This document shows, in pieces, positions 59,786-64,000 of a DNA stretch of 64,000 nt. Numbering within the stretch: position 1 is the stretch's first letter; each line of letters starts with the position of its first letter. A program made the position numbers and the translations under genes. Source of the stretch: Eukaryota sp. TZLM1-RC. Taxonomy: Eukaryota; Protista; Metamonada: BaSk clade. The notes under the pieces were generated by a model, which did no database searches, was not told where the DNA came from, and saw only the letters and a list, made by a program, of their open reading frames with translations. The DNA is taken from contig JAUPSS010000003.1 of NCBI GenBank assembly GCA_040285825.1, positions 124,001 to 188,000 of the forward strand, given 5' to 3'.

Positions 59786-61602
59786 TTTGAAATGCATACT
59801 TTCGTCAAGCATCATTCAAACTTATTCCAAGAACTTACATTCTTGGTGAGATCGTCCACAGACGTTCTAGAATCCTTGAATAATTGGCCACCAATCTCAG
59901 TAAGCCCATTTCTCCTCTAGAACAATACGTAGCTTTGAAGCTAATTTTTTGGTGGTCTCTGGAACGCTTCTGGTCTTGTTCCATAGTACTGCTCACTAAT
60001 TGCAATTTCTAGATGATTTAGTGATGCAGAAATGTCTCTAGACCATTCTTGATTACATTCCGGACAACTGAAATAGGCGCTGTGAACTTTAACTTCATCA
60101 TCAACTTCTCGATAGATCTTTTGGTGTAGCATCTTGCAGCAGTTCGCCTTTGCAGATGTCTTATATTCATCTCCGATCTTCACGTTAGCAAATGAACATT
60201 GTAACAACTTGAGAAACGCCTTACGTGGTGTTTTCACTTTTTGACGTGATGTTTCATCACCTCCATTGCCAAACCACACCTTTACTTCTTGACCGTTTGC
60301 AAATTTTTTCACTTTGTTGATAATTGAGCTGATTCTTTTTTGTTTTCTTATGAAGAAGTCAAATGTGTTTCTCCTCAATGCTTTTCGAGCACTCAGATAT
60401 AATTGCTGCTTTAGCAATGATCGTCTTACGTTATTACCTTCATAGTCCTTATAGTCACCGATAGTTGATATTTCAAGCAGATAATGGTTCCATTTCTGCA
60501 CGTCAAAAACATCTATTGATGAGTGGGTCAGTGAAGCAGAGTGAATTATTTTTCGTTGCTTTCGTGCCAAGAAGATATTGGATACGGTCGGCCCTGAACG
60601 TGTTCCAATGGAACCACATAGATTTGAGTGGTTGGGGTCGATGGCCTAGAACACCATTTCCATTTCGTCATCAGGTGCCTGCCACTCAGTAGCTTTTGGT
60701 TTCTGGCGAGGTCTTGGCCGTTCAACCTTGGCTTGCAAGGCATGTTTTCTATTCCGAGTGGTTTCATAGTAATCAAGTTCCCCTCTGGATCTCTTATCAG
60801 CCAAGGCTTCTCCGGACAATCTCACTCGTGTTGCTTTTGGGTGCGGTTTGAAAGTTATACGGACACTATCACCATTAGAAGACATGGTGTAGTCATTAGC
60901 TTTTGGTCTAAAAAATAAATAGGGGTTTTTCAAAATTGTCTGTGATGTGTTTTTGGTCATAAAATGGTTGAGAACCCATGTGGAAAAGGGAACAAAAGCA
61001 GGCTTCAAACTAGCAATAGGAGTGAGTCTCTGTGGTCTGAAGCTATGGGGAAAGGCTTGTTCGAGGTGGTTTTGGATTGTTAATCCGCAACGAAAGATGT
61101 AGGTACTGTTGCCTTGATTAAGGGTCACTCTTCGGGAAGAAAAAACAGTGTTGTACCTTTGCAGATCACGAACCAATAAGTTAAATAGACTAGCAGCCAA
61201 TGTATGGTGTGTGTTGAACCAAGACAGAAGAAGTTCCCGAAAAATCGTCTTGAAGTACAGAGCCAACATAAGTGGCTAATGCAGGGCAGTTTTGACCCAT
61301 TGCATACGAACAAAAGAAGTTGAGCTTCCAAGACACAAGATCATCAGTTAAAAGCTCCTGGTGGTTGTCTCGCAGCTGGCGGCACTTCGTATCCACTAGT
61401 TGCTGGAGAGGCCTACTAGTGGGTAGTTCAGATTATGACCTTTTCTTGACATAAACAAGACAGCAAACAGCCATGATGTAGAAATTTGCTGGAACTTCTC
61501 ATACACATGACCTTTGCCAGGTCTTTTGAATGGATGTTTGACGTTTGGGTCAGAGACTGCCACAAAGTCAAGAAACTGGATTCAGCATTGATGCTGGGTC
61601 AG
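59786..61602 (-). mobile_element. Fanzor family A, copy A2, 5'-truncated, with omega-RNA-like tail at 59786-59940
   Basis: ORF 60646-61269 and ORF 59941-60570 are in frame across one TAG. AIDPN, GDEYKTS and CPEC..SRDISAS motifs; tail near-identical to A1. Confidence 0.92.
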
Positions 61603-61780
61603 TTGCAATGAATTTCACATATCAAGGTTTCGAGTTTCTCAATTTCTATTCACAGGATGTAAAAAACATGTAACGGTATTAGACAAAAACAATCATTATC
61701 TTCATCACTATGTTACCTCACTTGAATACACCTACTGCTTTCACACAACAAATTTTCGACTCTACGAAGTCCGTTGGATC
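61603..61780 (+). repeat. Second copy of unknown sequence X, abutting the truncated 5' end of Fanzor A2
   Basis: TCACTTGAATACACCTACTGCTTTCACA is shared exactly with the reverse complement of 45235-45262. Confidence 0.8.
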
Positions 61781-62329
61781 CTGTTTCTCGCTCTTTTCTT
61801 TTAATAGTGTGGCAAGGAGTGCTATTAACTCTGAAATAATGACAGGAGGTTTGTCCTGTGGAAAATGTGCCGTCGTCAGGGCTGTGTTAGCCGTTGAGTG
61901 GGCGTTTTGAATGAGAGGAGTTACCTTTTAATGATTTAAATTTGGAGTGTGGTTTTGACCCGAATTCGTGCCATGTAAAAGGGAGACAGGGATATCCCTT
62001 CATTTGAGGAGTAGTGGAATTTCGACCCGAGCTAGGTTGGCTAGGAGTGAGGTGGCATCCCTTGTACTCGTTTTACTTTGAGTGGAATGTGAAAAACCCG
62101 AACTCTGATGAGGAGGAGTGGAGTGGGTTACACTCGAATTCACTTTTTTTATGTGGAGTACTCATAGCATTTGAAATTATGTAGAGAGGAGGGTTAGAAA
62201 CGTCTCCTCTTAAAGATGTCTGGGATATCCCTGACATCGGTTCACCATATACAGCGCTGTTGCTGTTTGCTGTTTGGTGTGCCTGTTGCGCACAATAATT
62301 GTTGTTGCCGTTAGCCATTATGCTAGCTG

Positions 62330-62850
62330 AAATTTAGTGTGTTCAGTAAGGTTAAGATAAAGATAAATTTATTGAATACTATTTTATATATACTAAGGTA
62401 CTCACTAGTGAGATACCTACAAAAGTCATCTGTTGATTCATTATCTATTTTATATGTTGAAAAGAAGCTACAGCTATTACCGGTATTGTCAACGTTTTGG
62501 TCTTTAAAACTATGGCGCATCCAAAAATGCAAAGCTTTGTATATCAAAAAGACCGAATCTGAACACACTCATCAAGAGTTATGGTGCATCTGAAGAAAAA
62601 GTTATTAATATAGGAGATAATGGAAGAAAGACAAAGAAATTGAAACATCACTACAATACAACAGGTGTTGGTATAAGCAATTTCTTCAAGAGTTTTGGAT
62701 ACACTTTACCACTTTAAAATAAAAACAAACATCATCAAAATGTCCGTGTTGTACAGAAAAAGTCTATATGTTTCTGAAGATACAGAATCCAAGACCATGG
62801 AGAATTGATTAAAAAATGCCGAAAGGGTAAAAGACGTCTGCCTTTGAATA
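62330..62850 (+). mobile_element. Fanzor family C fragment
   Basis: LKLWRIQKCKALYIKKTESE..INIGD..KLKHH..TTGVGISNFFKSFGY..TSSKCPCCTEKVYMFLKIQNPRPWR across frameshifts. Confidence 0.8.
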
Positions 62851-62939
62851 GTGAAATCTTTGATATCCATTATCCTTCCTTTCTCTCTTCTGTAATTAGT
62901 CAGTGGCTGTTTCTTTTCATCCAGTAGCTCTTTTTTGGC

Positions 62940-64000
62940 ATGGACCTTCTCAATGATATCAATGCTATTCAGGAGCAAAAGAACAATATTTCTCTTGAAC
63001 TTCAAAATGTTGTGTTAAACCATGCACCGGCTTTTGTTGCTGCTGTTTCAGAAGCAGACCATATTTCTGATTTAGCATCGTCCTTGAAATCTGGAATGTC
63101 TTGTCTATATTCTGCTGTTTCTCAACTAGAATCATCGGTACCCAAATTTAAAGAGTCTTGTTACCCTCCTATTGCACCACACACATCCCCCAGTGATTCT
63201 CCCCTAGCCGCTCATCTCAACAACACTCTTACTATGGGACCTTCACGTTCCTTGACCTCTCGCTTCCCTGAATCACTTTCGCCTCCCGATATCCTGTTTT
63301 TCTCTGAGAAAATTAACGTTTTGATGGTTGAGGAAAGGTTTCCTGAGGCTGTTGATGCCCTCTTATCAACAGAAAAAGAGTTGACAAATCTTTACCACAA
63401 AAGTTCTGATGTTAGAGGTTTCTTTGCTGTTCATTGTGCCCTATCAGCAGCGAAACAGGTGCGGAGTGATTTCATTCCCCTACTAACAGATTCCTTGAAG
63501 CGTTTTTGTGAATCTGAAGTGTCCACCATACTATCTTTACGTATTGAGGACTCTGATCAATCAGCTTTAAGTTCTCCAATGAGACTGTTTTCGACTGCCA
63601 GAATTAAACCATCTGACTCTAATCAACTTCCGATTACCTCACTAACCCCATCAAAACACCAAATAATTAATTTGTTAAGTCGTCTTGGTCATTTATCCAC
63701 AGCAAGGGAGACTTTGTTATCTACTTGTGAACGGTCAGCAAGAATCCTCTTGACCAATTCTCGTCTCTCGTCATCATTTAATTTCCCTAGTTCGATCACG
63801 TCATTGATTCCTGCTGATTTTGACTTGGTTCCTTCCCTTTATTGGACCGTGTTAAAGGTATCAAGGCTTTTTCAATTTTCAACCCACGAATCCCTTTCTC
63901 TAGCTCGCGCTCACAAAGTTGATGATTCACGTGTTGATAAATTGATGGTCTCTAGTTGGCTCTCAATGACTTTGAAAAAATTCCTTCTTGATTTAATTCC
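62940..64000 (+). CDS. Exocyst component Exo84/EXOC8-like protein (runs off the window; absent from the ORF track)
   Basis: Open frame from MDLLNDINAIQEQKNNISLELQNVVLNHAPAFVAAVSE (Vps51-like N-terminus), with INVLMVEERFPEAVDAL and LLSRLGHLSTARETLL. Confidence 0.65.
   Translation, partial: MDLLNDINAIQEQKNNISLELQNVVLNHAPAFVAAVSEADHISDLASSLKSGMSCLYSAVSQLESSVPKFKESCYPPIAPHTSPSDSPLAAHLNNTLTMGPSRSLTSRFPESLSPPDILFFSEKINVLMVEERFPEAVDALLSTEKELTNLYHKSSDVRGFFAVHCALSAAKQVRSDFIPLLTDSLKRFCESEVSTILSLRIEDSDQSALSSPMRLFSTARIKPSDSNQLPITSLTPSKHQIINLLSRLGHLSTARETLLSTCERSARILLTNSRLSSSFNFPSSITSLIPADFDLVPSLYWTVLKVSRLFQFSTHESLSLARAHKVDDSRVDKLMVSSWLSMTLKKFLLDLI

Noticed and set aside
61790-62320. Purine-rich stretch with short ORFs
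   Set aside because: No identifiable domain or second copy in the window.

Overview
Eukaryotic, AT-rich, essentially intron-free DNA read in the standard code, with AATAAA at or just after most stop codons. CFAP20 and an ADP-forming acetate-CoA ligase suggest a flagellated anaerobic protist, possibly metamonad-like (inference). About 11 host genes are present: SERF, TRAPPC8-like, FHIP-like, ADP-forming ACS-GNAT, long-chain acyl-CoA synthetase, TRM1, a DUF4097-like membrane protein, CFAP20, Exo84-like and two unknowns, plus an exportin-7-like fragment. They sit among dense mobile DNA: one full-length chromovirus (Ty3/gypsy) with 154-bp LTRs plus relics, many RT-RLE non-LTR retrotransposon pieces (one forming a ~0.9-kb fold-back), pogo and Tc1 remnants, and a hAT MITE. 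The main discovery candidate is a set of about nine Fanzor (eukaryotic TnpB/Cas12-like) loci from three subfamilies. One copy (46163-48144) is full length apart from one T missing in a homopolymer; it keeps all RuvC catalytic residues and has an N-terminal CCHC knuckle. Three family-A copies end in structured omega-RNA-like tails with a shared GTATGCATTTC terminus, each just upstream of a host start codon. In two of them the putative guide reappears, indel-scarred, in a shared unknown sequence (X) upstream of the same Fanzor. All assignments were made by eye from motifs and pairwise comparison; no searches or folding programs were run.
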